Assembly: GCF_045037415.1 (NCBI RefSeq)
Contig: NZ_CP173438.1
Reading direction: 5' to 3' (one strand)
Length of the DNA stretch: 64,000 nucleotides
DNA from: Escherichia coli
GTDB lineage: Bacteria; Pseudomonadota; Gammaproteobacteria; Enterobacterales; Enterobacteriaceae
The position numbers and the translations under genes are program-made. Of this stretch, positions 21,776 through 35,194 are shown in pieces (the first letter of the stretch is position 1; the number at the start of each line of letters is the position of its first letter). The notes beneath the pieces were generated by a model. It did no database searches, was not told the origin of the DNA, and saw only the letters and a program-made list of their open reading frames with translations.

Positions 21776-24115
21776 ATGAAAAGAAAAATATTCTGGATTT
21801 GTGCAGTGGCTCTGGGGATGAGTGCGTTCCCCTCTTTCATGACGCAGGCGACGCCAGCAACGCAACCACTGATCAATGCTGAGCCAGCTGTAGCCGCCCA
21901 GGCGGAGCAAAATCCGCAGGTGGGGCAAGTGATGCCGGGCGTGCAGGGCGCAGATGCGCCAGTCGTGGCGCAGAACGGTCCTTCCCGTGATGTGAAGCTG
22001 ACCTTTGCGCAAATTGCGCCGCCGCCGGGCAGCATGGTGCTACGTGGCATTAACCCGAACGGCAGCATTGAGTTTGGTATGCGCAGCGATGAAGTGGTGA
22101 CGAAGGCGATGCTCAACCTCGAATACACGCCATCGCCATCATTACTGCCTGTCCAGTCGCAGTTAAAGGTTTATCTCAATGATGAACTGATGGGCGTGCT
22201 GCCAGTGACCAAAGAACAGTTGGGTAAAAAAACGCTGGCACAAATGCCCATTAACCCGCTGTTTATTACTGATTTCAACCGTGTGCGGCTGGAGTTTGTC
22301 GGCCATTATCAGGACGTGTGCGAAAACCCGGCCAGCACCACGCTTTGGCTGGATGTTGGGCGGAGCAGTGGACTGGATCTGACCTATCAGACCCTGAATG
22401 TGAAGAATGACCTGTCACACTTCCCGGTGCCATTCTTTGACCCGCGTGATAACCGCACCAACACCTTGCCGATGGTCTTTGCGGGTGCGCCGGATGTTGA
22501 GCTGCAACAAGCATCTGCCATTGTCGCCTCGTGGTTTGGTTCGCGTTCTGGCTGGCGTGGGCAGAACTTCCCGGTGCTCTATAACCAACTGCCGGATCGC
22601 AATGCCATTGTCTTTGCCACCAATGACAAACGCCCGGACTTCCTGCGCGATCATCCGGCGGTAAAAGCCCCGGTGATTGAGATGATTAACCATCCGCAGA
22701 ATCCTTACGTCAAACTGCTGGTGGTGTTTGGTCGTGACGACAAAGACCTGTTGCAGGCAGCGAAAGGTATCGCTCAGGGTAACATTCTGTTCCGTGGTGA
22801 AAGTGTGGTAGTGAATGAAGTGAAACCGCTGCTACCGCGTAAACCGTACGATGCGCCGAACTGGGTGCGTACCGATCGTCCTGTCACCTTTGGTGAACTG
22901 AAAACCTATGAAGAACAATTACAATCCAGCGGTCTTGAGCCAGCAGCGATTAACGTTTCGCTAAACCTGCCGCCGGATCTCTACCTGATGCGCAGTACCG
23001 GCATTGATATGGATATTAATTACCGCTACACCATGCCGCCGGTGAAAGACAGTTCGCGGATGGATATCAGCCTGAATAACCAGTTCCTGCAATCCTTCAA
23101 CCTGAGCAGCAAACAGGAGGCGAACCGCCTGCTGCTGCGTATTCCGGTATTACAAGGTTTGCTGGATGGCAAAACGGATGTCTCTATTCCGGCGCTGAAA
23201 CTGGGCGCGACCAACCAGTTGCGGTTCGACTTTGAGTATATGAACCCGATGCCGGGCGGTTCGGTGGATAACTGTATTACCTTCCAGCCGGTGCAGAATC
23301 ATGTGGTGATTGGTGACGACTCCACCATCGACTTCTCGAAGTATTACCACTTCATCCCGATGCCGGATCTACGCGCCTTTGCTAACGCGGGCTTCCCGTT
23401 CAGCCGGATGGCGGATTTGTCGCAAACCATCACCGTGATGCCGAAAACGCCAAACGAAGCACAGATGGAAACCTTGCTGAATACCGTTGGCTTTATCGGT
23501 GCGCAGACGGGCTTCCCGGCGATTAACCTGACGGTGACCGATGATGGCAGCACCATTCAGGGCAAAGATGCCGACATCATGATCGTCGGTGGTATCCCGG
23601 ACAAACTGAAAGACGATAAGCAGATCGACCTGTTGGTGCAGGCGACCGAAAGCTGGGTGAAAACGCCGATGCGCCAGACCCCGTTCCCCGGTATTGTGCC
23701 GGACGAGAGCGATCGCGCGGCAGAAACCCAGTCAACGCTGACCTCTTCCGGTGCGATGGCGGCGGTGATTGGCTTCCAGTCGCCGTATAACGACCAGCGC
23801 AGCGTGATTGCGCTGCTGGCAGATAGCCCACGCGGTTATGAAATGCTTAACGATGCGGTGAACGATAGCGGCAAACGCGCCACCATGTTCGGTTCGGTCG
23901 CGGTGATCCGCGAGTCCGGTATCAACAGCCTACGTGTTGGCGATGTTTATTACGTAGGTCATCTGCCGTGGTTCGAGCGCTTGTGGTATGCGCTGGCAAA
24001 CCATCCGATTCTGCTGGCGGTGCTGGCGGCTATCAGTGTGATATTGCTGGCGTGGGTACTGTGGCGTCTGCTGCGTATTATTAGTCGTCGTCGTCTTAAC
24101 CCGGATAACGAGTAA
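21776..24115 (+). CDS. bcsB: Cellulose synthase periplasmic subunit BcsB
   Basis: ORF 21689..24115 trimmed to ATG at 21776 (MKRKIFWICAVALGMSAFPSF...), 779 aa with signal peptide and C-terminal TM anchor. Confidence 0.95.
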   Translation: MKRKIFWICAVALGMSAFPSFMTQATPATQPLINAEPAVAAQAEQNPQVGQVMPGVQGADAPVVAQNGPSRDVKLTFAQIAPPPGSMVLRGINPNGSIEFGMRSDEVVTKAMLNLEYTPSPSLLPVQSQLKVYLNDELMGVLPVTKEQLGKKTLAQMPINPLFITDFNRVRLEFVGHYQDVCENPASTTLWLDVGRSSGLDLTYQTLNVKNDLSHFPVPFFDPRDNRTNTLPMVFAGAPDVELQQASAIVASWFGSRSGWRGQNFPVLYNQLPDRNAIVFATNDKRPDFLRDHPAVKAPVIEMINHPQNPYVKLLVVFGRDDKDLLQAAKGIAQGNILFRGESVVVNEVKPLLPRKPYDAPNWVRTDRPVTFGELKTYEEQLQSSGLEPAAINVSLNLPPDLYLMRSTGIDMDINYRYTMPPVKDSSRMDISLNNQFLQSFNLSSKQEANRLLLRIPVLQGLLDGKTDVSIPALKLGATNQLRFDFEYMNPMPGGSVDNCITFQPVQNHVVIGDDSTIDFSKYYHFIPMPDLRAFANAGFPFSRMADLSQTITVMPKTPNEAQMETLLNTVGFIGAQTGFPAINLTVTDDGSTIQGKDADIMIVGGIPDKLKDDKQIDLLVQATESWVKTPMRQTPFPGIVPDESDRAAETQSTLTSSGAMAAVIGFQSPYNDQRSVIALLADSPRGYEMLNDAVNDSGKRATMFGSVAVIRESGINSLRVGDVYYVGHLPWFERLWYALANHPILLAVLAAISVILLAWVLWRLLRIISRRRLNPDNE

Positions 24116-24121
24116 TTGAAG

Positions 24122-25228
24122 ATGAATGTGTTGCGTAGTGGACTCGTGACGATGCTGCTGCTGGCTGCCTTTAGTGTTCAGGCAGCCTGTACCTGGCCTG
24201 CCTGGGAGCAGTTTAAAAAGGATTACATCAGTCAGGAAGGGCGCGTCATCGACCCCAGCGACGCGCGCAAAATCACCACCTCCGAAGGGCAAAGTTACGG
24301 CATGTTCTTTGCCCTGGCGGCTAACGACCGTGCAGCTTTCGATAATCTTCTCGACTGGACGCAGAACAATCTCGCTCAGGGTTCTTTAAAAGAAAATTTG
24401 CCCGCCTGGCTGTGGGGCAAGAAAGAGAACAGTAAGTGGGAAGTGCTGGACAGCAATTCGGCCTCCGATGGTGATGTCTGGATGGCCTGGTCGTTGCTGG
24501 AGGCGGGGCGTTTGTGGAAAGAGCAGCGTTATACCGACATCGGCAGCGCATTGCTAAAACGTATCGCGCGGGAGGAAGTGGTGACGGTGCCTGGGCTGGG
24601 CTCCATGTTGTTACCGGGCAAAGTGGGTTTTGCTGAGGATAACAGCTGGCGTTTTAACCCCAGCTACCTGCCGCCGACGCTGGCGCAGTATTTCACCCGC
24701 TTTGGCGCGCCGTGGACCACGCTGCGCGAAACCAATCAACGTTTATTGCTGGAAACCGCCCCGAAAGGCTTTTCGCCAGACTGGGTGCGCTATGAGAAAG
24801 ACAAAGGCTGGCAGCTAAAAGCCGAAAAAACGTTGATCAGCAGCTACGACGCTATCCGCGTTTACATGTGGGTAGGCATGATGCCTGACAGCGATCCGCA
24901 AAAAGCGCGGATGCTCAACCGGTTTAAACCGATGGCGACATTCACTGAGAAAAACGGTTATCCGCCGGAAAAAGTGGATGTGGCTACGGGGAAAGCGCAG
25001 GGTAAAGGACCGGTCGGTTTTTCTGCCGCCATGCTGCCCTTTTTACAAAACCGCGATGCGCAGGCCGTTCAGCGCCAGCGCGTGGCCGATAACTTTCCCG
25101 GCAGCGATGCCTATTACAACTATGTGCTGACCCTGTTTGGACAAGGCTGGGATCAACACCGTTTCCGCTTCTCGACAAAAGGTGAGTTATTACCTGACTG
25201 GGGCCAGGAATGCGCAAATTCACACTAA
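24122..25228 (+). CDS. bcsZ: Endo-1,4-beta-glucanase BcsZ (GH8)
   Basis: ORF 24116..25228 trimmed to ATG at codon 3 ([21 protein letters not shown]...), 368 aa, signal peptide. Confidence 0.9.
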   Translation: MNVLRSGLVTMLLLAAFSVQAACTWPAWEQFKKDYISQEGRVIDPSDARKITTSEGQSYGMFFALAANDRAAFDNLLDWTQNNLAQGSLKENLPAWLWGKKENSKWEVLDSNSASDGDVWMAWSLLEAGRLWKEQRYTDIGSALLKRIAREEVVTVPGLGSMLLPGKVGFAEDNSWRFNPSYLPPTLAQYFTRFGAPWTTLRETNQRLLLETAPKGFSPDWVRYEKDKGWQLKAEKTLISSYDAIRVYMWVGMMPDSDPQKARMLNRFKPMATFTEKNGYPPEKVDVATGKAQGKGPVGFSAAMLPFLQNRDAQAVQRQRVADNFPGSDAYYNYVLTLFGQGWDQHRFRFSTKGELLPDWGQECANSH

Positions 25229-28200
25229 ACATATTCACGCTTTCCCTCGGTCTGGCCGTCATGCCGATGGTCGAGGCAGCACCAACCGCTCAGCAACAGT
25301 TGCTGGAGCAAGTTCGGTTAGGCGAAGCGACCCATCGTGAAGACCTGGTGCAACAGTCGTTGTATCGGCTGGAACTTATTGATCCGAATAACCCGGATGT
25401 GATTGCTGCCCGTTTTCGTTCTCTGTTACGTCAGGGCGATATTGATGGCGCACAAAAACAGCTCGATCGGCTGTCGCAGTTAGCGCCGAGTTCAAATGCG
25501 TATAAATCGTCGCGGACTACGATGCTGCTTTCCACGCCGGATGGTCGTCAGGCACTGCAACAGGCAAGATTGCAGGCAACTACCGGTCATGCGGAAGAAG
25601 CTGTGGCGAGTTACAACAAACTGTTCAACGGTGCGCCGCCGGAAGGTGACATTGCTGTCGAGTACTGGAGTACGGTGGCGAAAATTCCGGCTCGCCGTGG
25701 CGAAGCGATTAATCAGCTAAAGCGCATTAATGCGGATACGCCGGGCAACACGGGCCTGCAAAACAATCTGGCGCTATTGCTGTTTAGTAGCGATCGCCGT
25801 GACGAAGGCTTTGCCGTCCTGGAACAAATGGCGAAATCGAACGCCGGGCGCGAAGGGGCCTCTAAAATCTGGTACGGGCAGATTAAAGACATGCCCGTCA
25901 GCGATGCCAGCGTGCAGGCACTGAAAAAATATCTCTCGATCTTTAGCGATGGCGATAGCGTGGCTGCTGCGCAATCGCAACTGGCAGAACAGCAAAAACA
26001 GCTGGCCGATCCTGCTTTCCGCGCTCGTGCGCAAGGTTTAGCGGCGGTGGACTCTGGCATGGCGGGTAAAGCCATTCCCGAACTACAACAGGCGGTGCGG
26101 GCGAACCCGAAAGACAGTGAGGCTCTGGGGGCGCTGGGCCAGGCGTATTCCCAGAAAGGTGATCGCGCCAATGCAGTGGCGAATCTGGAAAAAGCCCTCG
26201 CGCTGGATCCGCACAACAGCAATAACGACAAATGGAACAGTCTGCTGAAAGTAAACCGCTACTGGCTGGCGATCCAGCAGGGCGATGCCGCGCTGAAAGC
26301 CAATAATCCTGACCGGGCAGAACGGCTGTTCCAGCAGGCACGTAATGTCGATAACACCGACAGCTATGCAGTGCTTGGGCTGGGCGATGTGGCGATGGCG
26401 CGCAAAGATTATCCCGCCGCCGAACGCTATTACCAGCAGACCTTGCGTATGGACAGCGGCAACACTAACGCCGTGCGCGGGCTGGCGAATATTTACCGCC
26501 AGCAGTCGCCAGAAAAAGCCGAAGCGTATATCGCATCGCTCTCTGCCAGCCAGCGGCGCAGCATTGATGATATCGAACGCAGCCTGCAAAACGACCGTCT
26601 GGCACAGCAGGCAGAGGCACTGGAAAACCAGGGGAAATGGGCGCAGGCGGCAGCACTTCAGCGGCAACGACTGGCGCTGGACCCCGGCAGTGTATGGATT
26701 ACTTACCGACTTTCGCAGGATCTCTGGCAAGCCGGACAACGCAGCCAGGCCGATACGTTAATGCGCAATCTGGCGCAGCAGAAGCCGAACGACCCGGAGC
26801 AGGTTTACGCTTACGGGCTGTATCTCTCCGGTCACGACCAGGACAGAGCGGCGCTGGCGCATATCAACAGCCTGCCGCGCGCGCAGTGGAACAGCAATAT
26901 TCAGGAGCTGGTTAATCGACTGCAAAACGATCAGGTGCTGGAAACCGCTAATCGCCTGCGAGAAAACGGTAAAGAGGCAGAAGCGGAAGCGCTGCTGCGC
27001 CAGCAACCGCCTTCCTCGCGTATTGACCTCACGCTGGCTGACTGGGCGCAGCAGCGACGTGATTACACCGCCGCCCGCGCGGCTTATCAGAACGTTTTGA
27101 CGCGCGAGCCCACTAACGCCGATGCCATTCTTGGTCTGACGGAAGTGGATATTGCTGCCGGTGACAAAGCGGCGGCACGTAGCCAGCTGGCGAAACTGCC
27201 TGCCACTGATAACGCCTCGCTGAACACACAGCGGCGCGTGGCGCTGGCACAGGCGCAGCTTGGCGATACCGCAGCGGCGCAGCAGACATTTAATAAGTTG
27301 ATCCCGCAGGCAAAATCTCAGCCACCGTCGATGGAAAGCGCGATGGTACTGCGTGATGGTGCGAAGTTTGAAGCGCAGGCGGGCGATCCAATGCAGGCGC
27401 TGGAAACCTACAAAGACGCCATGGTTGCATCCGGTGTGACCACGACGCGTCCGCAGGATAACGACACCTTTACCCGGCTGACCCGTAACGACGAGAAAGA
27501 TGACTGGCTGAAACGCGGCGTGCGCAGCGATGCGGCGGACCTCTATCGCCAGCAGGATCTTAACGTCACTCTCGAGCACGATTACTGGGGTTCGAGCGGC
27601 ACCGGTGGTTACTCCGATCTGAAAGCGCACACCACTATGTTGCAGGTGGACGCGCCCTATTCTGACGGGCGGATGTTCTTTCGCAGTGATTTCGTCAATA
27701 TGAACGTCGGCAGTTTCTCCACTAATGCCGATGGCAAATGGGATGACAACTGGGGCACCTGTACATTACAGGACTGTAGCGGCAACCGCAGCCAGTCGGA
27801 TTCCGGTGCCAGCGTGGCGGTCGGCTGGCGAAATGACGTCTGGAGCTGGGATATCGGTACCACGCCGATGGGCTTCAACGTGGTGGATGTGGTCGGCGGC
27901 ATCAGTTACAGCGATGATATCGGGCCGCTGGGTTACACCGTTAACGCCCACCGTCGGCCTATCTCCAGTTCTTTGCTGGCCTTTGGTGGGCAAAAAGACT
28001 CTCCGAGCAATACCGGGAAAAAATGGGGCGGCGTGCGTGCCGACGGCGTGGGGCTAAGTCTGAGCTACGATAAAGGTGAAGCAAACGGCGTCTGGGCATC
28101 GCTTAGCGGTGATCAGTTAACCGGTAAAAATGTCGAAGATAACTGGCGCGTGCGCTGGATGACGGGCTATTACTATAAGGTCATCAACCAGAACAATCGC

Positions 28201-28683
28201 CGCGTCACAATCGGCCTGAACAACATGATCTGGCATTACGACAAAGACCTGAGTGGCTACTCACTCGGTCAGGGCGGTTACTACAGTCCGCAGGAATACC
28301 TGTCGTTTGCCATACCGGTGATGTGGCGGGAGCGCACGGAAAACTGGTCGTGGGAGCTGGGGGCGTCTGGCTCGTGGTCGCATTCACGCACCAAAACCAT
28401 GCCGCGTTATCCGCTGATGAATCTGATCCCGACCGACTGGCAGGAAGAAGCTGCGCGGCAATCCAACGATGGCGGCAGCAGTCAGGGCTTTGGCTACACG
28501 GCGCGGGCATTACTTGAACGACGTGTTACTTCCAACTGGTTTGTCGGCACGGCAATTGATATCCAGCAGGCAAAAGATTACGCACCCAGCCATTTCCTGC
28601 TCTACGTACGTTATTCCGCCGCCGGATGGCAGGGTGACATGGATTTACCACCGCAGCCGCTGATACCTTACGCCGACTGGTAA
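25210..28683 (+). CDS. bcsC: Cellulose synthase outer-membrane subunit BcsC (TPR domains plus beta-barrel)
   Basis: 1157 aa, signal peptide, TPR-like repeats, C-terminal beta-barrel-like region; 19-bp overlap with bcsZ. Confidence 0.95.
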   Translation: MRKFTLNIFTLSLGLAVMPMVEAAPTAQQQLLEQVRLGEATHREDLVQQSLYRLELIDPNNPDVIAARFRSLLRQGDIDGAQKQLDRLSQLAPSSNAYKSSRTTMLLSTPDGRQALQQARLQATTGHAEEAVASYNKLFNGAPPEGDIAVEYWSTVAKIPARRGEAINQLKRINADTPGNTGLQNNLALLLFSSDRRDEGFAVLEQMAKSNAGREGASKIWYGQIKDMPVSDASVQALKKYLSIFSDGDSVAAAQSQLAEQQKQLADPAFRARAQGLAAVDSGMAGKAIPELQQAVRANPKDSEALGALGQAYSQKGDRANAVANLEKALALDPHNSNNDKWNSLLKVNRYWLAIQQGDAALKANNPDRAERLFQQARNVDNTDSYAVLGLGDVAMARKDYPAAERYYQQTLRMDSGNTNAVRGLANIYRQQSPEKAEAYIASLSASQRRSIDDIERSLQNDRLAQQAEALENQGKWAQAAALQRQRLALDPGSVWITYRLSQDLWQAGQRSQADTLMRNLAQQKPNDPEQVYAYGLYLSGHDQDRAALAHINSLPRAQWNSNIQELVNRLQNDQVLETANRLRENGKEAEAEALLRQQPPSSRIDLTLADWAQQRRDYTAARAAYQNVLTREPTNADAILGLTEVDIAAGDKAAARSQLAKLPATDNASLNTQRRVALAQAQLGDTAAAQQTFNKLIPQAKSQPPSMESAMVLRDGAKFEAQAGDPMQALETYKDAMVASGVTTTRPQDNDTFTRLTRNDEKDDWLKRGVRSDAADLYRQQDLNVTLEHDYWGSSGTGGYSDLKAHTTMLQVDAPYSDGRMFFRSDFVNMNVGSFSTNADGKWDDNWGTCTLQDCSGNRSQSDSGASVAVGWRNDVWSWDIGTTPMGFNVVDVVGGISYSDDIGPLGYTVNAHRRPISSSLLAFGGQKDSPSNTGKKWGGVRADGVGLSLSYDKGEANGVWASLSGDQLTGKNVEDNWRVRWMTGYYYKVINQNNRRVTIGLNNMIWHYDKDLSGYSLGQGGYYSPQEYLSFAIPVMWRERTENWSWELGASGSWSHSRTKTMPRYPLMNLIPTDWQEEAARQSNDGGSSQGFGYTARALLERRVTSNWFVGTAIDIQQAKDYAPSHFLLYVRYSAAGWQGDMDLPPQPLIPYADW

Positions 28684-28764
28684 GTTTTCAGATAGCGCCT
28701 CTCTTAATGCCGCTGCGATCGGGTATACTCGGGCGGCAATCTGGGATTTCCGGGGGGAGACAAT

Positions 28765-30753
28765 TTGCGCGTAAGTCGCTCGTTAACAATCAAGCAGATG
28801 GCAATGGTGGCAGCCGTTGTCCTGGTGTTCGTTTTTATTTTTTGCACCGTTTTGCTGTTCCATCTGGTCCAGCAGAATCGCTATAACACGGCTACGCAAC
28901 TGGAAAGCATTGCTCGCTCTGTCCGCGAACCCTTATCTTCTGCCATTTTGAAAGGCGATATTCCCGAAGCGGAAGCTATTCTTGCCAGCATTAAACCGGC
29001 AGGCGTGGTCAGCCGTGCCGATGTAGTGCTGCCCAACCAGTTCCAGGCGCTGCGTAAAAGTTTTATTCCAGAGCGTCCGGTGCCGGTAATGGTTACTCGC
29101 CTGTTTGAGCTACCGGTGCAAATCTCGCTGGGCGTTTACTCGCTGGAACGTCCGGCAAACCCGCAGCCAATTGCCTATCTGGTGCTACAGGCGGATTCCT
29201 TCCGCATGTATAAGTTCGTGATGAGCACCCTCTCAACGTTAGTGACCATTTACTTACTTTTGTCGTTAATATTGACTGTGGCGATTAGCTGGTGCATTAA
29301 CCGCCTGATTTTGCATCCATTACGCAATATTGCTCGCGAACTTAACGCCATCCCACCCCAGGATCTTGTTGGTCACCAACTGGCATTACCGCGTCTGCAT
29401 CAGGACGATGAAATCGGTATGTTGGTGCGCAGTTACAACCTCAACCAGCAATTGCTGCAGCGCCATTATGAAGAACAGAACGAAAATGCGATGCGCTTCC
29501 CGGTGTCGGATTTGCCGAACAAAGCCTTGCTGATGGAGATGCTGGAGCAGGTGGTGGCGCGTAAACAAACCACCGCGCTGATGATCATCACCTGTGAAAC
29601 CCTGCGTGATACTGCGGGTGTGCTGAAAGAGGCGCAACGAGAAATTCTGCTGCTGACGCTGGTGGAAAAACTCAAATCGGTACTGTCGCCACGCATGATC
29701 CTCGCGCAGATTAGCGGTTATGACTTTGCTGTCATTGCCAACGGTGTACAGGAACCGTGGCACGCTATCACATTAGGTCAGCAAGTGCTCACTATCATGA
29801 GCGAGCGCCTGCCGATTGAACGTATTCAACTCCGTCCGCACTGTAGCATTGGCGTGGCGATGTTCTACGGCGATCTCACCGCCGAACAGCTTTACAGTCG
29901 CGCTATTTCTGCGGCATTTACCGCTCGCCATAAAGGCAAAAATCAGATTCAGTTCTTTGATCCGCAGCAGATGGAAGCCGCCCAGAAGCGGTTGACGGAA
30001 GAGAGCGATATCCTTAATGCACTGGAAAATCATCAGTTTGCGATTTGGTTACAGCCACAGGTCGAGATGACCAGCGGTAAACTGGTCAGTGCGGAAGTGT
30101 TACTGCGTATCCAGCAACCGGATGGCAGTTGGGACCTGCCGGATGGCTTAATCGATCGCATTGAGTGCTGTGGGCTGATGGTTACCGTCGGTCACTGGGT
30201 GCTGGAAGAGTCCTGTCGATTGCTTGCTGCCTGGCAAGAGCGCGGCATTATGCTGCCCTTGTCGGTAAACCTCTCAGCGCTGCAACTGATGCATCCAAAT
30301 ATGGTGGCGGATATGCTGGAACTGTTAACCCGCTATCGCATTCAGCCGGGAACACTGATTCTGGAAGTGACAGAAAGCCGACGTATTGACGATCCTCATG
30401 CTGCGGTGGCAATCCTCCGTCCGCTGCGCAATGCCGGAGTTCGGGTGGCGCTGGATGATTTCGGCATGGGCTACGCAGGGCTGCGTCAGCTGCAGCATAT
30501 GAAATCGTTGCCAATCGACGTACTGAAAATCGACAAAATGTTTGTTGAAGGTTTGCCGGAAGATAGCAGCATGATTGCTGCAATTATCATGCTGGCGCAG
30601 AGCCTGAACCTACAAATGATTGCCGAAGGCGTGGAGACTGAAGCACAACGCGACTGGCTGGCAAAAGCGGGCGTTGGTATTGCCCAGGGCTTCCTTTTTG
30701 CTCGCCCACTCCCTATTGAAATCTTCGAAGAGAGTTACCTGGAAGAAAAATAG
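28765..30753 (+). CDS. pdeK: c-di-GMP phosphodiesterase PdeK (HAMP-GGDEF-EAL membrane protein)
   Basis: 662 aa from the track's TTG start ([15 protein letters not shown]...); N-terminal TM, degenerate GGDEF and EAL-type C-terminal domain. The true start could instead be a downstream ATG (codon 12 or 14). Confidence 0.85.
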   Translation: MRVSRSLTIKQMAMVAAVVLVFVFIFCTVLLFHLVQQNRYNTATQLESIARSVREPLSSAILKGDIPEAEAILASIKPAGVVSRADVVLPNQFQALRKSFIPERPVPVMVTRLFELPVQISLGVYSLERPANPQPIAYLVLQADSFRMYKFVMSTLSTLVTIYLLLSLILTVAISWCINRLILHPLRNIARELNAIPPQDLVGHQLALPRLHQDDEIGMLVRSYNLNQQLLQRHYEEQNENAMRFPVSDLPNKALLMEMLEQVVARKQTTALMIITCETLRDTAGVLKEAQREILLLTLVEKLKSVLSPRMILAQISGYDFAVIANGVQEPWHAITLGQQVLTIMSERLPIERIQLRPHCSIGVAMFYGDLTAEQLYSRAISAAFTARHKGKNQIQFFDPQQMEAAQKRLTEESDILNALENHQFAIWLQPQVEMTSGKLVSAEVLLRIQQPDGSWDLPDGLIDRIECCGLMVTVGHWVLEESCRLLAAWQERGIMLPLSVNLSALQLMHPNMVADMLELLTRYRIQPGTLILEVTESRRIDDPHAAVAILRPLRNAGVRVALDDFGMGYAGLRQLQHMKSLPIDVLKIDKMFVEGLPEDSSMIAAIIMLAQSLNLQMIAEGVETEAQRDWLAKAGVGIAQGFLFARPLPIEIFEESYLEEK

Positions 30754-30899
30754 CTACCCCAAACTGATTACAAAACTTTAAAAAGTGCTGGTTTGTGCGA
30801 GCCAGCTCAAACTTTTTAACCTTTTTGTTTCAATTATGATCCAGGTACATTTCTGTGATGTTGTCTGGGTGTTATTTTAAGGCCGCAGGTACCCCATAA

Positions 30900-32222
<1,323 letters not shown>

Positions 32223-32441
32223 TCTCACCACTTATGCCCGCACTCCCTTCCCCGAGTGCGGGTGTTTGCGCATAATTGACCCCTGTGCCTGAACTTACCA
32301 CCTGGGTGAGTTCAGGTTTATTTCACTTCTTCCGTGACATTTTCATGTTCTTGCGGTCTAACACGAAGTGTTTTTAACGTCATTTAGACTGACCGACAAC
32401 GGGCAGTTTTTTATTACCAGGATAGTTGATCAGGGGTTCAC

Positions 32442-33938
32442 ATGCAGGGCACAAAAATTCGACTTTTAGCGGGCGGTTTGCTGATGATGGCCACTGCTGG
32501 CTATGTGCAGGCAGATGCGCTCCAGCCTGATCCAGCATGGCAACAGGGGACGCTTTCCAACGGTTTACAGTGGCAAGTGCTGACTACACCCCAGCGTCCC
32601 AGCGATCGTGTTGAAATTCGCCTGCTGGTTAATACCGGTTCGCTCGCCGAAAGTACACAACAGAGCGGTTACAGTCACGCCATCCCTCGTATTGCGCTAA
32701 CGCAAAGCGGTGGCCTTGACGCAGCGCAGGCGCGTTCATTGTGGCAGCAGGGGATCGACCCTAAACGCCCGATGCCGCCGGTAATTGTCTCTTATGACAC
32801 CACGCTGTTTAATCTGAGTTTGCCCAATAACCGTAACGACTTGCTGAAAGAGGCGCTCTCTTATCTGGCAAATGCCACTGGCAAACTGACTATCACGCCA
32901 GAAACCATCAACCATGCGTTGCAAAGTCAGGACATGGTGGCAACCTGGCCTGCCGATACTAAAGAGGGCTGGTGGCGTTATCGTCTGAAAGGATCAACCT
33001 TGTTAGGTCACGATCCTGCCGATCCGCTGAAACAACCCGTTGAAGCGGAAAAGATTAAAGATTTCTATCAGAAATGGTACACCCCGGATGCAATGACGCT
33101 GCTGGTGGTGGGAAACGTGGATGCGCGCTCGGTCGTCGACCAAATCAATAAAACGTTTGGCGAACTGAAAGGCAAACGTGAAACACCGGCTCCGGTGCCG
33201 ACGCTTTCTCCGCTGCGTGCGGAAGCGGTGAGTATTATGACCGACGCGGTGCGTCAGGACCGGTTATCTATCATGTGGGATACGCCGTGGCAGCCGATTC
33301 GTGAATCAGCCGCACTGCTGCGCTACTGGCGTGCGGACCTGGCCCGTGAGGCGCTGTTCTGGCATGTTCAGCAAGCGTTAAGCGCCAGTAACAGTAAAGA
33401 CATCGGTCTTGGATTTGACTGTCGTGTGCTGTATCTGCGTGCGCAGTGTGCCATCAACATCGAATCACCAAACGACAAGCTGAACAGCAACCTTAATCTG
33501 GTGGCGCGTGAACTGGCGAAGGTTCGCGATAAAGGTCTGCCGGAAGAAGAGTTCAATGCGTTAGTGGCGCAAAAGAAACTGGAGCTGCAGAAGCTGTTTG
33601 CCGCCTATGCGCGAGCTGATACCGATATTCTGATGGGGCAGCGGATGCGTTCGTTGCAAAATCAGGTTGTCGATATCGCGCCGGAGCAATATCAGAAACT
33701 GCGTCAGGATTTCCTTAACAGCCTGACGGTGGAGATGTTAAATCAGGATCTGCGTCAGCAGTTGTCGAATGATATGGCGTTAATACTGCTGCAGCCGAAA
33801 GGCGAGCCGGAATTTAACATGAAAGCGTTGCAGGCGGCCTGGGATCAAATCATGGCCCCATCGACTGCGGCTGCCGCCACATCTGTCGCCACGGATGACG
33901 TACATCCTGAAGTGACGGATATTCCACCTGCACAGTAA
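32442..33938 (+). CDS. yhjJ: Putative periplasmic M16-family peptidase-like protein YhjJ
   Basis: 498 aa with signal peptide, recognised as YhjJ. Confidence 0.85.
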   Translation: MQGTKIRLLAGGLLMMATAGYVQADALQPDPAWQQGTLSNGLQWQVLTTPQRPSDRVEIRLLVNTGSLAESTQQSGYSHAIPRIALTQSGGLDAAQARSLWQQGIDPKRPMPPVIVSYDTTLFNLSLPNNRNDLLKEALSYLANATGKLTITPETINHALQSQDMVATWPADTKEGWWRYRLKGSTLLGHDPADPLKQPVEAEKIKDFYQKWYTPDAMTLLVVGNVDARSVVDQINKTFGELKGKRETPAPVPTLSPLRAEAVSIMTDAVRQDRLSIMWDTPWQPIRESAALLRYWRADLAREALFWHVQQALSASNSKDIGLGFDCRVLYLRAQCAINIESPNDKLNSNLNLVARELAKVRDKGLPEEEFNALVAQKKLELQKLFAAYARADTDILMGQRMRSLQNQVVDIAPEQYQKLRQDFLNSLTVEMLNQDLRQQLSNDMALILLQPKGEPEFNMKALQAAWDQIMAPSTAAAATSVATDDVHPEVTDIPPAQ

Positions 33939-34033
33939 TGCCTGATGGTGATGAGTTAGCACAACCATCAGGTATTTATGGATGAGCTGGATAGGGGGGT
34001 AACACTCTATCCAGCCTTTTGCATATGCTGCTT

Positions 34034-34963
34034 TTACGCTGGCATCGCTTCACGCGGGATAATCGCGCCGCGATACTGAATAACGGTACTTGCGGTCAGG
34101 TGCCCGCGTTTCGCTGCGTCTTCCGCACTGCCGCCCGTCAAACGTACCGCCAGATAACCGGCACTGAAAGAGTCGCCAGCTGCGGTGGTATCGATCACTT
34201 TTTCTTTCGGCAGTTTTACCGCCGGAACATCCACTAACCCTTCACCAGCAATGGACACCAGGCAAGAATCCGCCCCGCGTTTCACCACCACTTCTTTCAC
34301 GCCCGCGTTATGGGTGCGCGCAATGACGTCTTCCACCGGCTGTTGACCCCACAGCGCGTCTTCATCGTCCAGCGTCAGGAAGGCGATATCCGTGCATTCC
34401 AGCATTTGTTGGTACACCTGCTGTGTCTCTTCTTTGCTGGCCCACAGGCGCGGACGATAGTTATTGTCGAAAATCACTTTTCCGCCGTTGGCGCGGCATT
34501 CGCGCAGCAGGGAAAGCAGCTTTTCGCGGCTGGTCGGGCTTAAGATCGCCAGGCTAATCCCGCTCAGGTAGAGATAATCGAAATTCGCCAGCTCTTCGCA
34601 AATCGTCGCGGATTGCTCACTCTCCAGCCAGAATTTGGCGGCGGCTTCGTTACGCCAGTAGTAGAACGTACGTTCGCCGGTGCTGTCGGTTTCAATGTAG
34701 TAAAGGCCCGGCAGACGGTTTTCCATCCGTTGGGTCAGGGAAGTATCAACGTTCTCGCCGCGCCAGGCGTCCAGCATCTGCTGGCTAAAACTGTCCGTTC
34801 CCAGCGCCGTTACGTAATGAACGGTTAATGCCGCAGGATCGACCTGACGGGCGATATAGACGGAAGTGTTCAGGGTATCGCCCCCGAAACCGCGCTTAAC
34901 GTCCGCGCCTTTCTCGGAAAGCTCAATCATGCATTCGCCAATCACGGCAATCTTTTTGGACAT
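34034..34963 (-). CDS. kdgK: 2-dehydro-3-deoxygluconokinase KdgK
   Basis: ORF 34034..35311 trimmed to ATG at 34963 (MSKKIAVIGECMIELSEKGADVKRGFGGDTLNTSVYIARQ...), 309 aa, PfkB-family sugar kinase. The 116-codon N-terminal extension in the track is not supported. Confidence 0.9.
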   Translation of the reverse strand: MSKKIAVIGECMIELSEKGADVKRGFGGDTLNTSVYIARQVDPAALTVHYVTALGTDSFSQQMLDAWRGENVDTSLTQRMENRLPGLYYIETDSTGERTFYYWRNEAAAKFWLESEQSATICEELANFDYLYLSGISLAILSPTSREKLLSLLRECRANGGKVIFDNNYRPRLWASKEETQQVYQQMLECTDIAFLTLDDEDALWGQQPVEDVIARTHNAGVKEVVVKRGADSCLVSIAGEGLVDVPAVKLPKEKVIDTTAAGDSFSAGYLAVRLTGGSAEDAAKRGHLTASTVIQYRGAIIPREAMPA

Positions 34964-35194
34964 AGTTGTGAACCTGATCTGTAAAAAATTAGCGTTAGTT
35001 TGCGCTGTGGTGGTTTGCTGGTCAACCATATTAAAACAGTGTTCCATTATTTTTTTGAGCCAGAACGTATTCCTGAAAGATTCCGTTGTGGAGTGGGGAA
35101 ATTTACCCCGGCCAGGCGGTAAAGTTCTGCCTTTGCGCGCCGATAATCTTTGTCGAGTCCGGGCAGCATCACTTTTAAACACAGGACATCTTTG

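Noticed and set aside
24060-24182. Apparent 1-nt frame inconsistency around the bcsB stop and bcsZ start when I counted bases by hand
   Set aside because: The ORF track reports continuous full-length bcsB and bcsZ frames; the discrepancy is most likely my own base-counting error, so I did not call a frameshift or pseudogene.
26083-27630. Long antisense ORFs (218 and 290 aa, minus strand) inside bcsC; similar ones inside yhjG (36065..37426), gadA (47597..48190), dctA (30834..31589), and bcsA/bcsB (20845..22128)
   Set aside because: They lie wholly within strongly supported genes on the opposite strand, have low-complexity Arg/Ala/Pro-rich translations typical of antisense frames in GC-rich coding sequence, and lack convincing ribosome-binding sites.
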